Below are positions 35,266-48,800 of a stretch of 64,000 nucleotides of DNA, in pieces. The DNA is taken from the NCBI GenBank assembly GCA_035221665.1, contig CM069156.1:26412001-26476000 (forward strand), written 5' to 3'. A model generated the notes under the pieces. That model did not search any database, had not been told where the DNA came from, and saw only the letters and a program-made list of their open reading frames with translations. The position numbers and the translations under genes are program-made. The stretch's first letter is position 1. Each line of letters starts with the position of its first letter. The DNA comes from Okamejei kenojei. Its lineage: Eukaryota.

Positions 35266-38200
35266 TCTTCAATAAGAGATAGGATTGTCAGAACCAGGAC
35301 TTCTGATGAAGTTGACTTACTAACGTGCTTTCCCTCAAATGTACTGGACCTGTCTCTCCAACGGATGCTTACAGAGTGTCTAAAGATCCTGCTAATAAAG
35401 CAGGAACAAGACCATGGAGCTACAGAAGCATAGAGCCGAGAAAGAAACCCCTTTGGTTATGTTAGTTGCATAAGTTAGTTTTCCAGTGGTTACGCTGGAG
35501 CCTAAGGATTTCCATCCAGCATTGATGAAAGTCCCATTAAATTACTTGCTGTGTAATGCAAGGAAATATGTAAATGTTGATGTAAAGTGCAATCAACTTG
35601 CCTAAATTCCCCAACAGTTTTATTTAGAATGAAGTTCTCTTAATTATTGAACTTTTTTTGGTACTATCTTTAGTTGTGCATACCCGCAAAAGTATGAGTG
35701 CAAATTTATCATACTTATGCTCCAGGCTGTGTTTATGTGCCTCCTAGCAGCCGACCATGGGATAATGTTGTGGAGGATGCAATTGACCTGCTTTCTGGTC
35801 AACAAGTGTTAAAGGAACAGATAGCATTATTTTAATGAAGAGGAAAACATTATTCCGCTTATTCAAGGTGGCAGAGGCTGTCCCATTAGTTCCCCTGCAG
35901 CTTGCAAATAGCGAGCACACAGAGAATATCTGGTCCTAATCTTACTCTCACTGTGCCGACAGAGTGGTTGTTCCATTCTGTTCTCCATTGTTCCCTTCAG
36001 CTGTTAAATCATTCCACAGGAAAGGAAAAGGACCCTTGCTCCAAATATCTAGCTGGTAGACAATGCTGCACAGTGTGAATTTCAGGGGATGATCATGTTT
36101 GTCTGTGAAAGCAGGCAGTGCTTACTGTCAGCTTGGTTTTGGCAGTGGAAGAACTACCAGATCCCTCCTCCTTCCTGGAGATGTTCTCCGTGCAGGATTG
36201 ACTGCCTTTTGCAGAGGGTGAGAGAAGGGGCAAAATTGGCATTAAATCTTTTCAAACCAAGTTATTTGCTTAATTTCCTAAGGTACTGTATTTCTGCCTC
36301 CAGATGGTATATAAAACAATTTGGAAGATTCAACCTACAGAATCACAACCTGTCATGAAAATGAATGTGTGGTCAGAGTGAGAAGGAAGAAAATAGTTTA
36401 AAGCTTTAAACTCGGATGACCATGTGTCATGTAAATAAATTTCAGATGAGAAAATTGAGCATGGTTAGCATTTTATTTTCAAAGCAATGTGAACCTGATG
36501 GTTGCTTCAGATTTAGATTTCACAGCTTGTGTTGTGCACGATTAACCACATCCAAAATCCAAACCCCTCTCTTTCCAGCTTGCCACTCCTAAACTTGCAA
36601 AGCCTCTCGGTGCCTTCTCTCAGAGTGTGACAAGTCATATCCTGTCTGTGAAAGGCTGGTAGACACTGAAAGGGAAGGTGTTCAGCGGATCCTCTATATA
36701 CCATTTTGGAGTTGGATTGTAGTTGTAGCAGAGATTTAGGAGCAGGAAGTGTTTGGAAGGTAAGAAATAATTGAAACCCATAAATCCTTCCACTTTGAAG
36801 ACATAAATTGATCACATTAACATCTATACTCTGAAGTATTAATCAAGGTACATCCTGGCACATCAGACTTGCATTTGCATACACCCACTCAACACAACAG
36901 TGTTTTACTCAATACTAGAAACAAATCAGTGCTCTGACCTTTCTGAAATGTTTCCCCTCTTTCACTTCTGGTTCATTGTGATTTTATTTTTCCTCTAACT
37001 TCTCCTTATTTTCTTGGCTATACCTACCTACGTACCTGCCTGCCAATTTTGAAAAGTCATAGAGTCATACATCACAGAAATGGACGATATGGCCCACCTC
37101 GTCCCTGCTGACCATTTAAATACTATCTACAAGAAGCCTATTTCCCTGCGTTAGTTCCGTGACCTCAGGTCGAAGTTCCTGACTAGAAATGGGAGTGAAT
37201 GTTTATCCAAAGTAATATCTCTTGGTCACAAGATTAATGCTTTCACCTGCATTCTGTGCCAAAGTGTGGGGTTGATAAATCATCGTGTCATCTGCTCTGG
37301 ATCACTGCTCTCAAACTGTCATCAGGTTTATGAGCACATTAAACATTTTTGCTTATAGCTCCTCCCTGACTGCATTGAGTGAAGCCCAATCTACTGGTGA
37401 TTTTGTATGAGGTAGCAGATGGGGATGTTATCCAAGTCCCGTTACGGATGCTCAGACTAGCTAGATGCAATTGATTAGAATCCAGTTTCCTACTCTAATT
37501 GATCAAACAGGTCCGTTGGCCTACCAAATCCAAGCCAACCATCGATCACCCATTCACACTAGGTTCCACGTTATCCCACTTTCATATCCACTCCTTATAC
37601 ATTATGCACAATTTCCAGTTGCCAATTAATCTACAAAATCACACGCCTTTGGAATGTGGGAGGATACTGGAGCACCTGGAGATAAACCCACCAGGTCGCA
37701 AACTCCACACATACTACACCCGAGGTCAGGATCACACTGTGGTCTCTGGGCACTGTGGGACAGCAGCTCTACCAGCTTTGCTACTGTAGTCATCACGGTC
37801 TGGCTGGTATTGGCCTCTAGACCTGTGTTGACAAGGTCAGTTCCAATATGATTCGGTCAGGTGGTTTCCCAAACCTGGTTGGGCTCAGGAAGAGGATTGT
37901 CCCCTGGAAATGGAAGGCTACCAGTGACCCAAATCAGCATGAGGAAGGGAGTCCTTGTGCTTTGGAGATGAGAGGAGGAAAATTGTGTAACCCACTACAT
38001 AGTCTGTGGTAACTGTCAACCCACTTTGTGCCCTTAGAATGAATGTTCCTTGTAGACTTCATGTTGAACTTTACAGAATCAGACATTCAATAGAACCTCC
38101 TTTTAATTTTCATTATCTGCATCTGTCTTATACGTCTTGCATATGTCTGTCATAAATGGCACAGTGCATCTTCAGATTTTTCCCGTATTTGTTTGAGATC

Positions 38201-39299
38201 TGGACACATCTGGCAACACCGGCATTCTTTGTCCATTTGTTTAACTGTCAACTGTGGAGGCAGTTTGGAGTCAACCATGGATGGGTCTGGAATTGCATAC
38301 AAGTCCCAGTGGGTTAAGAATAGGGTTCAGTCACTATAGGGCATCAATGAACTTGATTTTTTTTTTCTGTGCTGGTAGTTTCATTGTGACTGCTAGTGAT
38401 ATCAGTTCTTGATTTCCATGACTGTTTAATGAAGTGAATTTAAGTTGTCTAGTTATCATGATGTTGAGCGTGTGTTACCAATGGTCCAGCTCTCTGGGTA
38501 CCAGTCCAGTGATGCAACCAATCTACCAATTAGATTTGTCTAGATGTTCTCGAGTTGGTCCAATTTAGCAATTCTCCACTCACTCAATTCCTTCACTTTC
38601 CAGTGGGCAATTAGGAGTCCACGCTGCAAGCGAGATCTGATGAAGTTCAAATAGCAAGATAGCTTTAATTTTCTTGTGTTCTATTATGGCTGATTGTGTC
38701 CACTTTTCTGCTCTAAATACTTGAGGGAAAACACAAACCTATATTGAGAGTTTTGGAATGTTAGATTTGAGATCCTACCTCACTTAATCTAGAGAGGGGC
38801 GAGGTGAGAAGGACACGCAGTCACCAGGGTATCCTGGTGAACTTTTCACTCTTAAACAGGCGAGGAAGTCATCATCAGACTGGTTGGTATCTGTGGGAGC
38901 TTGCTCTTCATGCCCAGCCCATTTCCACATTATGGCAGTAACACACTTCAAATGTCCCTCGAAGGCTGTAAACCATTGAGATGTTCCAAGGAAAATTGTT
39001 GAATAAATGCATGTCTTGTTTTTTTCAGTAGCTAACCTGCGATGATTTCTATTTTCTCTGCAATTTCAGTTGATCCTGATCTGGAACCTATGACTTGTTT
39101 TAGTTGGGAGCTTCCCTATGACTTGTTTAGAGTTGGGAGCTTCCCTGGTGCAAGCACATAATGCGTTCTGTGTTGTATAATTTACTAGTTCTCCTTCCCC
39201 ACTTCTGTTTTGTCATGCTTCTCAAGGATTTTGGATTACAGCGACAAGGGCAATTAGAAGTCCACATTGCAAGCCAGACTTGATGAAGTTCAAACAGCA

Positions 39300-39580
39300 A
39301 GATTGAGAACCTGATTTGTTTCATTAGACTGTTCAAAACTTCTGATTGTTTGCAACTGTTTTAACAAATCTAAGATGGCTTTTGTGGAAATTGAAATCTC
39401 CCTGTTTGTATAGACACTAAATGTTTTTAAATAAAGCAGTAAAGTGCAAGTGATTAATTGTGGTTAATTGCTGCATCGTTGTATTAAGCATTAAAATGGG
39501 GAACTGTAGTGATTCCAAAGTTGTAACCTTTAAGGAAATTCTACAAACAGTTCCTGAACTTTTTAAAACGTTACATGAAG
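39300..39580 (+). repeat. About 280-bp local direct duplication, copy 1 (copy 2 at 43976-44385)
   Basis: Collinear blocks attagactgttcaaaacttctga ... gtattaagcattaaaa ... caaacagttcctgaactttttaaaacgttacat occur in both copies. Confidence 0.9.
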
Positions 39581-42021
39581 AACTGAAATATTCTACTATA
39601 AGGATTTGAGATGGGCAATGTAAGAAATAATTAACTGCACTGTTACCAAATGTGCTTATTAAAAGGCAGGTGTCAATTCTGGTCTTTGCATTTTAGAATA
39701 AGAATAAATGCATGAAGCAAAGGCTGTGTTCTTCCTGAATATAAAAATACAAGATGCAGATAGGGCTGCATCCGTGGAAGAGAAACCAACTTGACATTTA
39801 GAGTGAAGACACTGTTAGAACTTCCTTGTTAGCCTAGTAGAGAGCTTTGCTTTGATGCTAGTCTTTGATGTTCTAAATGTTTTGGGAATTGCTTGGTGTA
39901 TCCTGGCAGTAGCAGTGGAATTTCCATCAGCAGGAAAGGGGGAGGGGGGCAGAGCGAAAAGAACAAATGAAATATAGATGACACTGGACTGCATTTCACT
40001 TCCATACTAAAAATCAGTTGAAAATGTTTGCTTGAAGCCCCCTTTGAGTTCTGGTTGTGATAATGGCCATAGGATGATCTGCTGAAAGATCAACCTAGGT
40101 TGATCTTGCGTTTATTCGTAAGTTCGCCCTTCGGAGATACCAATTGCATTTCGTTGTCGCCGTATTGTACACTGCACAATGACAATTAAAGATTGAATTG
40201 AATTGAAACAACCATCTACCAGGGTCCCTTTGGATGTTCAGTTAATCTTGGTTCCTGTTGGATGCTGCCACCAGAATGTCTGTAACTGGTTGCTGCACAG
40301 AGGTAATTTTTGAAGGAATGGAGGGTATGAAATTGAGTCTGTAAAAGAGAGAAGGGAAAAGCAGGAATAAATCTGTTTGCTGGCCAGAAAGGACAAGAAA
40401 GAGGAGGGGGCAAGGAATGAGGATAGACTGTGGCACAAGGCTGGATGATATCTTTCATCTTCTCATCCTCAAACTGGTGAGGCAAAGTGAGAAGATGAGA
40501 AATCTCAGCATTAGTTTGTTTAGGTTTTTATTGTTGTGTGTACAGTGAAAAGCTTTGTTTTGCATGCTGTCCAAACAGATCAGATATACCATATAGAAAT
40601 ACAATCAAGTAAACTCAAGTACAATAGATCGAGCAAAGGGGAAAATACAGAGTGCAGAATATATATTTCTCAGCATTGTCACGCATCAGTTCCATACACA
40701 AAGTCCAATGTCTACAAGGGGGTAGAGGTGAATCGGGCAGTATTCTAGCTCATGGAAGGATGACGGAGGGGAAGAAGCTTTTCATAGGCAGTGTGAAGTG
40801 TAGGACGGTGGACACATGTCGCCAATTTCAAGTCTTGTGTAATCCCTGAAATATGAGCTGTTTTTCAAAGGCAAAATAAATTGTAGTGGCACTTATAGTC
40901 AGATATAGGAATGATGATTGAGGGAAGCTTAGGGCAACTGGTGGCTGTCGACAGTCCAGCCTCCTTTTATTTCTGGCTTGATGCTGGGATATCTCTCTCT
41001 TCTCCTCTCATCCCACCATCTTCCAGACTGGAGAAGTTCCCAACCAAGAATAAACTTGAGAAATCAGGGTTACAATAATCTGAAGCTGCAGGGTGGAGAT
41101 AGCCCATTGCCCTTGACCTGCCTGTACCTCCTTTCAACTGAGGTCAACGTGCATTTAGTGGCTATTTAAGGGTGGTGATTGAGAAGTTAGATGTGTTATA
41201 TTTCCTTAGCCATTTGCACTTCAACATTAAGTGTCTTGCCATTCTGTTACCACAGTAGTGCTCCACCAACAGGGTGCTTTCACACGCTCCCTTGCTCACA
41301 ATTCTACAGTCAACGGCCAACTCCTTGGACCTCCCTACCTCTTCCACATGCGACTCTCCCTCTTTCCCACCTCCTCCCCATTGCCTTTTGTCAGCTCCAC
41401 AGTTTGTGTATTTATTTTCCTTATTATTTTGCTGGTTCAACCATGACTGTCACAGCTGCATGCCACAGTCATATTGAATTGCTGCCATGTGGTGATTGTA
41501 ATTGGTGTGATTCATGTGAATGCATGCACTTGCAATGGCTCCATCCAGACCAATCAGGTTCACATTTGTCACCAAAGCTCCAAATAATAATATGAAGAAT
41601 TATCCTGTAACAACTTAATTTGGCAACATCTAATTCTGAAAACTAATTGGGTTGATTAATGTATCGAAATCTTACAGTCCAGAGAATTGGAATGAAAACT
41701 TACTAAATTCCGTAATTCCCTATGGATTTCAGTTGCCATGTTAAAGTTACAGGTTCCAAGACTGTTTTGTTGCTTTATGCATTGGTGTGCCTTATTTTTA
41801 AAGTGTGCTTTGCTTTTTCTTTGCAGTGTGTAATTTGCTTTCATAGTGTAGTTCTGCAATTTTTAACAACTATTAATCTTTAAAAAGTATTACAAATGTG
41901 TTGTCTTGGTTTAATTCCAGTAAGTGTTGCAACACTTCTATTAATAGTCTTAAAGTATTATCAATATATATTTAGTTGTTTGTCACGTGCTGTTGGCTCA
42001 TGTTCTGTTCCCTGTGTGCAG

Positions 42022-42145
42022 GTGAAAGTAATGACTGATCTGGAGTTGCTAGCTGTAGCATGTGAGCAGTTCCTGGGGAAAAGTGTCATGGAGACCAAAA
42101 GTGTGGTGCTGCAGACCCTAGAAGGACACCTCCGAGCAATCCTGG
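42022..42145 (+). CDS. FLOT2: Flotillin-2 exon 4 (124 nt): VKVMTDLELLAVACEQFLGKSVMETKSVVLQTLEGHLRAIL(G)
   Basis: tgtgcag| and |gtaact splice sites. SPFH-domain peptide matches FLOT2 (LLAVACEQFLGK...VVLQTLEGHLR). Confidence 0.97.
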
Positions 42146-42613
42146 GTAACTTGTCTGTCTTGAATTTGTTTGATTCACATCCCAGCAAAGAATTTACCCA
42201 GACAAGCTAATAATTCTGCACCACTTGTGACCTATCTGGTTATGTGAATGAAAATGGGAAATTGTAATCCTTGGCTGGTGGGTCCTCTCATGCAAGGCAT
42301 AAGGCACCCTTCCTCAACAAAGATTGCGACCATTGGTTAGGGGTGCACATGCAGGCGCTCTTTCGCAGCATGCCTTCACAACTGATCACTCTTCTTCACC
42401 TACTAGGGTGGGATTCAAACCCATGTCTCTGGATCGCCGGTCGAGTAACTTAACTGCTGCAGTCTCATCCAAGATTAATAGGTTGAAGAGTTTGATTGAT
42501 TGAAGGTTGATTGAAAGATACAGAATGGAAAAATCACTTCAGCACACTGACACAACGCCAACCACCGATCAGTTCTATGTTATCCCACCTTTGTAGCAAC
42601 TCCCTACATTGGA

Positions 42614-43972
42614 CTGCTAGAGTCAGTTATTAAAGATGGGATAGCAGCGCATTTGGAAAGTGGTGAAATCATTGGACAAAGTCAGCATGGATTTACGAAA
42701 GGTAAATCATGTCTGACGAATCTTATTGAATTTTTTGAGGATGTAACTAGTAGAGTGGATAAGGGAGAAGCAGTGGATGTGTTATATCTGGACTTTCAGA
42801 AGGCTTTCGACAAAGTCCCGCACAAGAGATTAGTATACAAACTTAAAGCACACGGTATTGGTGGTTCAGTATTGATGTGGATAGAGAACTGGCTGGCAGA
42901 CAGGAAGCAAAGAGTAGGAGTGAACGGGTCCTTTTCAGGATGTCAGGCAGTGACTGGTGGGGTGCCGCAAGGCTCAGTGCTGGGACCCCAGCTATTTACA
43001 ATATATATTAATGATTTGGACGAGGGAATTAAATGCAACATCTCGAAGTTTGCGGATGACATGAAGCTGGGGGGCAGTGTTAGCTGGGAGGAGGATGCTA
43101 GGAGGAAGATGACTTGGATAGACTGGGTGAGTGGGCAAATGCATGGCAGATGCAGTATAATGTGGATAAATGTGAGGTTATCTACTTTGGTGGCAAAAAC
43201 AGGAAAGTAGACTATTATTTGAATGGTGACCGATTAGGAAAAGGGGAGATGCAACGAGACCTGGGTGTCATGGTACACCAGTCATTAAAAGTAGGCATGC
43301 AGGTGCAGCAGGCTGTGAAGAAAGCGAATGGTATGTTGGCATTCATATCAAAAGGATTTGAGTACAAGAGCAGGGAGGTTCTACTGCAGTTGTACAGGGT
43401 CTTGGTGAGGCCACACCTGGAGTATTGCGTACAGTTTTGGTCTCCTAATCTGAGGAAAGACATTCTTGCCATAGAGGCAGTACAGAGAAGGTTCACCAGA
43501 CTGAATCCTGGGATGGCAGGACTTCCATTTGAAGAAAGACTGGATAGACTCGGCTTGTACTCGCTGGAATTTAGAAGATTGAGGGAGGATCTCATAGAGA
43601 CTTACAAAATTCTTAAGGGGTTGGACAGGCTAGATGCAGGAAGATTGTTCCCGATGTTGGGGAAGTCCAGGACAAGGGGTCACAGTTTAAGGATAAGGGG
43701 GAAGTCTTTTAGGACTGAGATAAGAAAATTGTTTTTCACACAGAGAGTGGTGAATCTGTGGAATTCTCTGCCACAGAAGGTAGTTGACGCCAGTTCGTTG
43801 GCCATATTTAAGTTGGATGTGGGCCCTGTGGCTGTAGGGATCAGGGGGTATGGAGAGAAGGCAGGTACAGGATACTGAGTTGGATGATCAGCTATGATCA
43901 TATTGAATGGCGGTGCAGGCTCGAAGGGCCGAATGGCCTGCTCCTGCACCTAATTTCTATGTTTCTATGTTT
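42614..43972 (+). mobile_element. 5'-truncated CR1-clade LINE (HER1-like), RT region plus 3' UTR
   Basis: ORFs 42653-43210 and 43114-43878 contain QHGF, YLDFQKAFDKVPH, GVPQGSVLGP, KFADD and LVRPHLEYCVQFW. One frameshift lies near 43105, and the element ends in a (tttctatg)n tail. Confidence 0.93.
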
Positions 43973-44090
43973 ACAAAGACCTTGATTTGCTTTATTAGAC
44001 TGTTCAAAACTTCTGACAGTTTGCAACTGATTTATCAAATTGAAAATGGCTTTTGTGGGAATTGAAATATCCCACTATAAATATACAGTT

Positions 44091-44201
44091 TTAAAGAAGG
44101 AACTGCAGATGCTGGAGAATCGAGGGTACACAAAAAGCTGGAGAAACTCAGCGGGTGCATGCTGCTGCACCCGCTGAGTTTCTCCAGCTTTTTGTGTACC
44201 C
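44091..44201. mobile_element. 111-bp Penelope-tail insertion forming a perfect 36-bp hairpin
   Basis: Arms 44124-44159 and 44166-44201 are exact reverse complements. Perfect 14-bp TSD ataaatatacagtt at 44077-44090 and 44202-44215. Confidence 0.9.
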
Positions 44202-44677
44202 ATAAATATACAGTTAATGTTTTTAAATAAAACAGTAAAGGGCAAGTGATTCAAAGCCAAATTGTGGTTAATTGCTGCATAATTGTATTAAGCATTAAAA
44301 TTAGGAACTGTAGTGATTCCAAAGTTGTACCTTTTTAAGGAAGTTATGCAAACAGTTCCTGAACTTTTTAAAACGTTACATCAAGAGTATGGGTGAAAGC
44401 TGGAAAAGAGAGGTGAGGTAAGGCAAAGGTGAGCAAATGATAGGTTACAGGTGAGGGGAGTTTGAATGGCAGATGGGTGGAAGGAATAAATGACAAATGA
44501 CAGGGCAGCACACTAGCGTTGTGGTAATGTACTGCCTTACAGCACCAGAAACCCAGGTTCGCTCCTGACTGGCTGCTGCCTGTACGGAGTTTGGACGTTC
44601 TCCTCTGACCGCATGGGTTTTCTCTGTGTGCTCCAGTTTCCTCCCACACTCCCAACGACATACAGGTTTGTGGGTTT

Positions 44678-45262
44678 TTAAGGAAGGGACTGCAAATGCT
44701 GGATAACACCGAAGATAGACTCAAAATGCTGGAGTAGCTCAGCGGGACAGGCTGGATGGAGTATTTGCAGCAGGCAGGTGGGAAGAAGTGTAGTCTAGAT
44801 AGTTGCGGGAGTCAATCGGCTTCAATCGATAGTTTATCTCCTGTGATAGAGACAGTGATTAAGAAAGGGGAGGGAGGTGTCACAGATGGTCCAAGTGAAT
44901 TTGAGTGCAAGATGGAAATTGGTAGTGAAGTTATGAAGTCCTTGAGTTCTGCGTGGGTGCAGGAGGTCGCATCAATGCAGTTGTCAATCTAGCGGAGATA
45001 GAGTTTGGGCACAGGGCCAATGTATGCCTGGAACAGGGATTGATCAGCGTACCCTACAAAGAGGCAGGCATAGCTAGGGGCCAGACGGGTTCCCATGGGT
45101 ACGCCTTGGATTTGGTGGAAGAGGGAGAAGTCGAAGGACAAATTGTTGAGAGTACGGACCAGCTCCACTTGGTGGCGGAGAGTGTTGGTAGAGGGTGGAT
45201 AGAGTCTTTGCAGGAGGCAAGGAGACTGTCCCGCTGAGTTTCTCCAGCATTTGTGTCTATCT
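44678..45262 (-). mobile_element. Penelope-like RT fragment between inverted terminal tails, inserted into an HE1-type SINE
   Basis: Minus ORF FHQIQGVPMGTRLAPSYACLFVGY (GxxMG motif of Penelope-type RTs). Flanked by atgctggagtagctcagcgggacag and ctgtcccgctgagtttctccagcat. Confidence 0.85.
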
Positions 45263-47063
45263 TTAGGCTGTAGGTTAATGGCTTCGGTAAAAATGGTAAA
45301 TTGGGGTGCTAGAACGTAGGATAGTGTTAGTGTACAGGGGTGATTGCTGGTTGGCATGGACTCCGTGGGCCGAGTGCCCTGTTTTGCATTGTATCTCTTA
45401 AAAAATATGACAGAGGTGAGATGGGTGTCAAATAAGGCAAGAGGAGGAGAAATTTAGTCAGAAGGAGTGATTGGTGTAATTCCATACCCTCTAGTCTGAC
45501 ATTTCCACCCTAGGAAAATGGTTCCCACTGTCGACTCTTTCTAAGCCTCATCATTTTATATATTTCCCTCGGGTGTCCCCTCAGCCTCTGACACTATGGA
45601 TAAAACAATCCAAGTATGTCCAGCTTCTCCTTCAAGCTAATACCCTCTAATCCAGACAACCTTCTGGTAAACCTATTCTGCAGCCTTTCCAAACCCTCCA
45701 CATCCTTCTTGTAAAGGGGTGGCCACTCATATGCAGCCTATCCAGTCTCATAAATTTGCAGTTCAGCATATTCCTGTAAAATCTAGTGCACACTCAAAAG
45801 AGGAAGTTAGAATAGAGGGAGCAAAGAGCAAAAGAGTACCTTGAAAGTAAAAACCACTGCTGCAGTTCTGTCACCTGAATATTGGAAATTTCGAGTCCAG
45901 GTTGATCTAATGACCACCTCCATGCACATCACAACACTATACACTTAATATGCATGGCCTTATTCGAGAACAAGTGATGAACAACAAATACTCTTCAGAA
46001 TCTCCTGCCGCACACAGCATTGCTGAGAATGGACTGAGTACAAGCTTTGGTGTCCCTGCTATGGTCAGCTTTTGGCCATTGCTCCTCATTGTCTGCCTTC
46101 GTATTCAGGTTTGTTAGATAAAACTCCTTTGCTTTGGGACATTTTATTTTGCAGAAGGCTGTATACAAATGTAATTTATTAAGTAGTGGCTCAGGTTCCC
46201 TCCCTGGCCATGTTCTAATTTTCCAATGGGAAGGCTCTTAACTCCTCTGAAGTGTGGGAGAAGGAAGATGAAGAGGGAGGGAGGGCAGTAAATAGCAACT
46301 CGATCAAGCTGAGAGCCCATGCTATATTTGCACACAAATGATGTGTGGACCCTAACCACAATCAAAAGATTGATGTCTTCAGTGCAGTAACAGCGGAAAC
46401 GGTGTTGAGTAAAAGTACACTATAGGTGCCGAGGCTGTATTTGCCCTGTTGTCACACTCGTCTCCTCTACTGCTGATCAGATAATCCAGTGGAACCCATC
46501 CAGCCCAGAAGGGAATCTGCCCTGGGTTCCCTTTGAATGCCCAGCTGTCTCAAGCAACACCAGCCTCCTGCACACACCCCCTGTCAGTCAGTGGTATGTA
46601 GGTGAAATGTTACTGATCATGTGATGAGGCTAGAGCTGGCTTTGTTCTACAGCAAATTTGCAGTGATCTACAAAGAACAGGCATTTGATCTGATCTTTGA
46701 AATGAAATAAAGGTTCTGTGATAATCAAATAAAAGCTTTTTCTATCTTAACTAGTGAGAGAACCAATTTAAAATTCGTCCATTTCTCATGCATATATCCC
46801 AAAGATTCAATAATAAAAGGGCATCTATAAATTCTAAAATTGCCCATTGCATTCAAAACTTTTAATCCAATACCACTTGATTTTCATATATATCTCATAA
46901 AGTAGAAATAAATAATATATAACAAATTTCATTACATTGCCAATTAAAACTCTGGTCTGTTTCAAAGTCAATAATTGCACTTAAGAAGTCTAGAAAATCG
47001 AGAGGAGTGAACCATTTGATCCTCACACTATCCCTGCTTTTTGTTGAGATCATGGCTGATTCT

Positions 47064-47642
47064 NNNNNNNNNNNNNNNNNNNNNNNNNNNNNNNNNNNNN
47101 NNNNNNNNNNNNNNNNNNNNNNNNNNNNNNNNNNNNNNNNNNNNNNNNNNNNNNNNNNNNNNNNNNNNNNNNNNNNNNNNNNNNNNNNNNNNNNNNNNNN
47201 NNNNNNNNNNNNNNNNNNNNNNNNNNNNNNNNNNNNNNNNNNNNNNNNNNNNNNNNNNNNNNNNNNNNNNNNNNNNNNNNNNNNNNNNNNNNNNNNNNNN
47301 NNNNNNNNNNNNNNNNNNNNNNNNNNNNNNNNNNNNNNNNNNNNNNNNNNNNNNNNNNNNNNNNNNNNNNNNNNNNNNNNNNNNNNNNNNNNNNNNNNNN
47401 NNNNNNNNNNNNNNNNNNNNNNNNNNNNNNNNNNNNNNNNNNNNNNNNNNNNNNNNNNNNNNNNNNNNNNNNNNNNNNNNNNNNNNNNNNNNNNNNNNNN
47501 NNNNNNNNNNNNNNNNNNNNNNNNNNNNNNNNNNNNNNNNNNNNNNNNNNNNNNNNNNNNNNNNNNNNNNNNNNNNNNNNNNNNNNNNNNNNNNNNNNNN
47601 NNNNNNNNNNNNNNNNNNNNNNNNNNNNNNNNNNNNNNNNNN
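47064..47642. other. Assembly gap (579 N)
   Basis: Run of N characters. Confidence 1.
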
Positions 47643-48319
47643 TATTTTGTGTCTATAAACCTATCTACTTTGTAAATGTATAGAGCAATTTCGTCTCCAT
47701 GGTCTTTTGTGGCAATGAATTCCACAGATCCATCAAACTCTTGAGTGATGAATATTTCCCTTATCTTAGCGTAAACATTTTACTCCTGGTCCTGAAACCG
47801 TGACCCTGCTCGTTGAAGAATCCGCAGCCAAAGGGCAACATCCCTGGTTATTTAAGTGCAGTGAGAACTTTATACATTTCAGTGAGATACCTTCTAAATT
47901 GTTGTGAATGGAGGCCTATTGAACCCAAAATCTCTGGAATCTTCTTTGCATTCCTTCGACATCAGGTATCTCCTTTATTAAGTCGTGAGTTAAAAACTGT
48001 ACACGGTGCTCCATGTATGGTCTGACATGAGCCTTGAATTAGTTTAGTAACACGTCCTATCTCCTCAATTCAAAACCTCCTCCAATGAAGACCAAACCGT
48101 TTGCTGCATCACCTGCTTGAATCACCTGCATGTTCATTTTCCGTGAATGATATAGGAGAGCATCCACATTCCTTTGTGCATCAGTTTTCCACCCTCACCC
48201 TCTGAGTAAAAGAAAACCTTGACCCTCACATCTCTTTTAAGCTTTACCCCTCTCACCTTATAGCTATGGCGCTTGATATTTCTACCCCGCGAGGAAGATT
48301 CTGACAGTCTACCCTATCT

Positions 48320-48800
48320 CATAAGGTCATATGTGATAGGAGTAGAATTAGGCCATGCGGCCCATCATGCCTACACTGCGATTCAATCATGGCTGATCTA
48401 TCTCTCCCTCTTAACCCCAATCTCCTGCCTTCTCCCCATAATGTCTGACACCTGTACTAATCAAAAATCTATCTGTCTCTGCCTTAAAAATATCCACTGA
48501 CTTGGCCTCCACAGCCTTCTGTGACAAAGAATTCCACAGATTCCCTACCCTCTGACTAAAGAAATTTCTCCTCATCTTCTTCCTAAAAGAACATCCTTTA
48601 ATTCTAAGGCTATGACCTGTAGCCCTAGACTCTCACACTTGTGGAAACATCCTCTGCACATCTACTCTATCCAAACCTTTAATTATTCTGTATGTTTCAG
48701 TGAAGTCCCTCCTCATCTTTTAAACTCCAGCAAGCACAGGCCCAGTGCCGACAAACGCTCATCGTATGCTAACCACATTCGTGGGATCATTTTTGTAAAC
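48320..48800 (-). mobile_element. CR1 LINE 3' fragment
   Basis: Reverse complement of the CR1 3' end (ccacagccttctgtg...aagaattccacagatt); similar to 51135-51610. Confidence 0.8.

Noticed and set aside
46895-47725. ORFs of 205-276 aa
   Set aside because: Artefacts of translating through the N gap.
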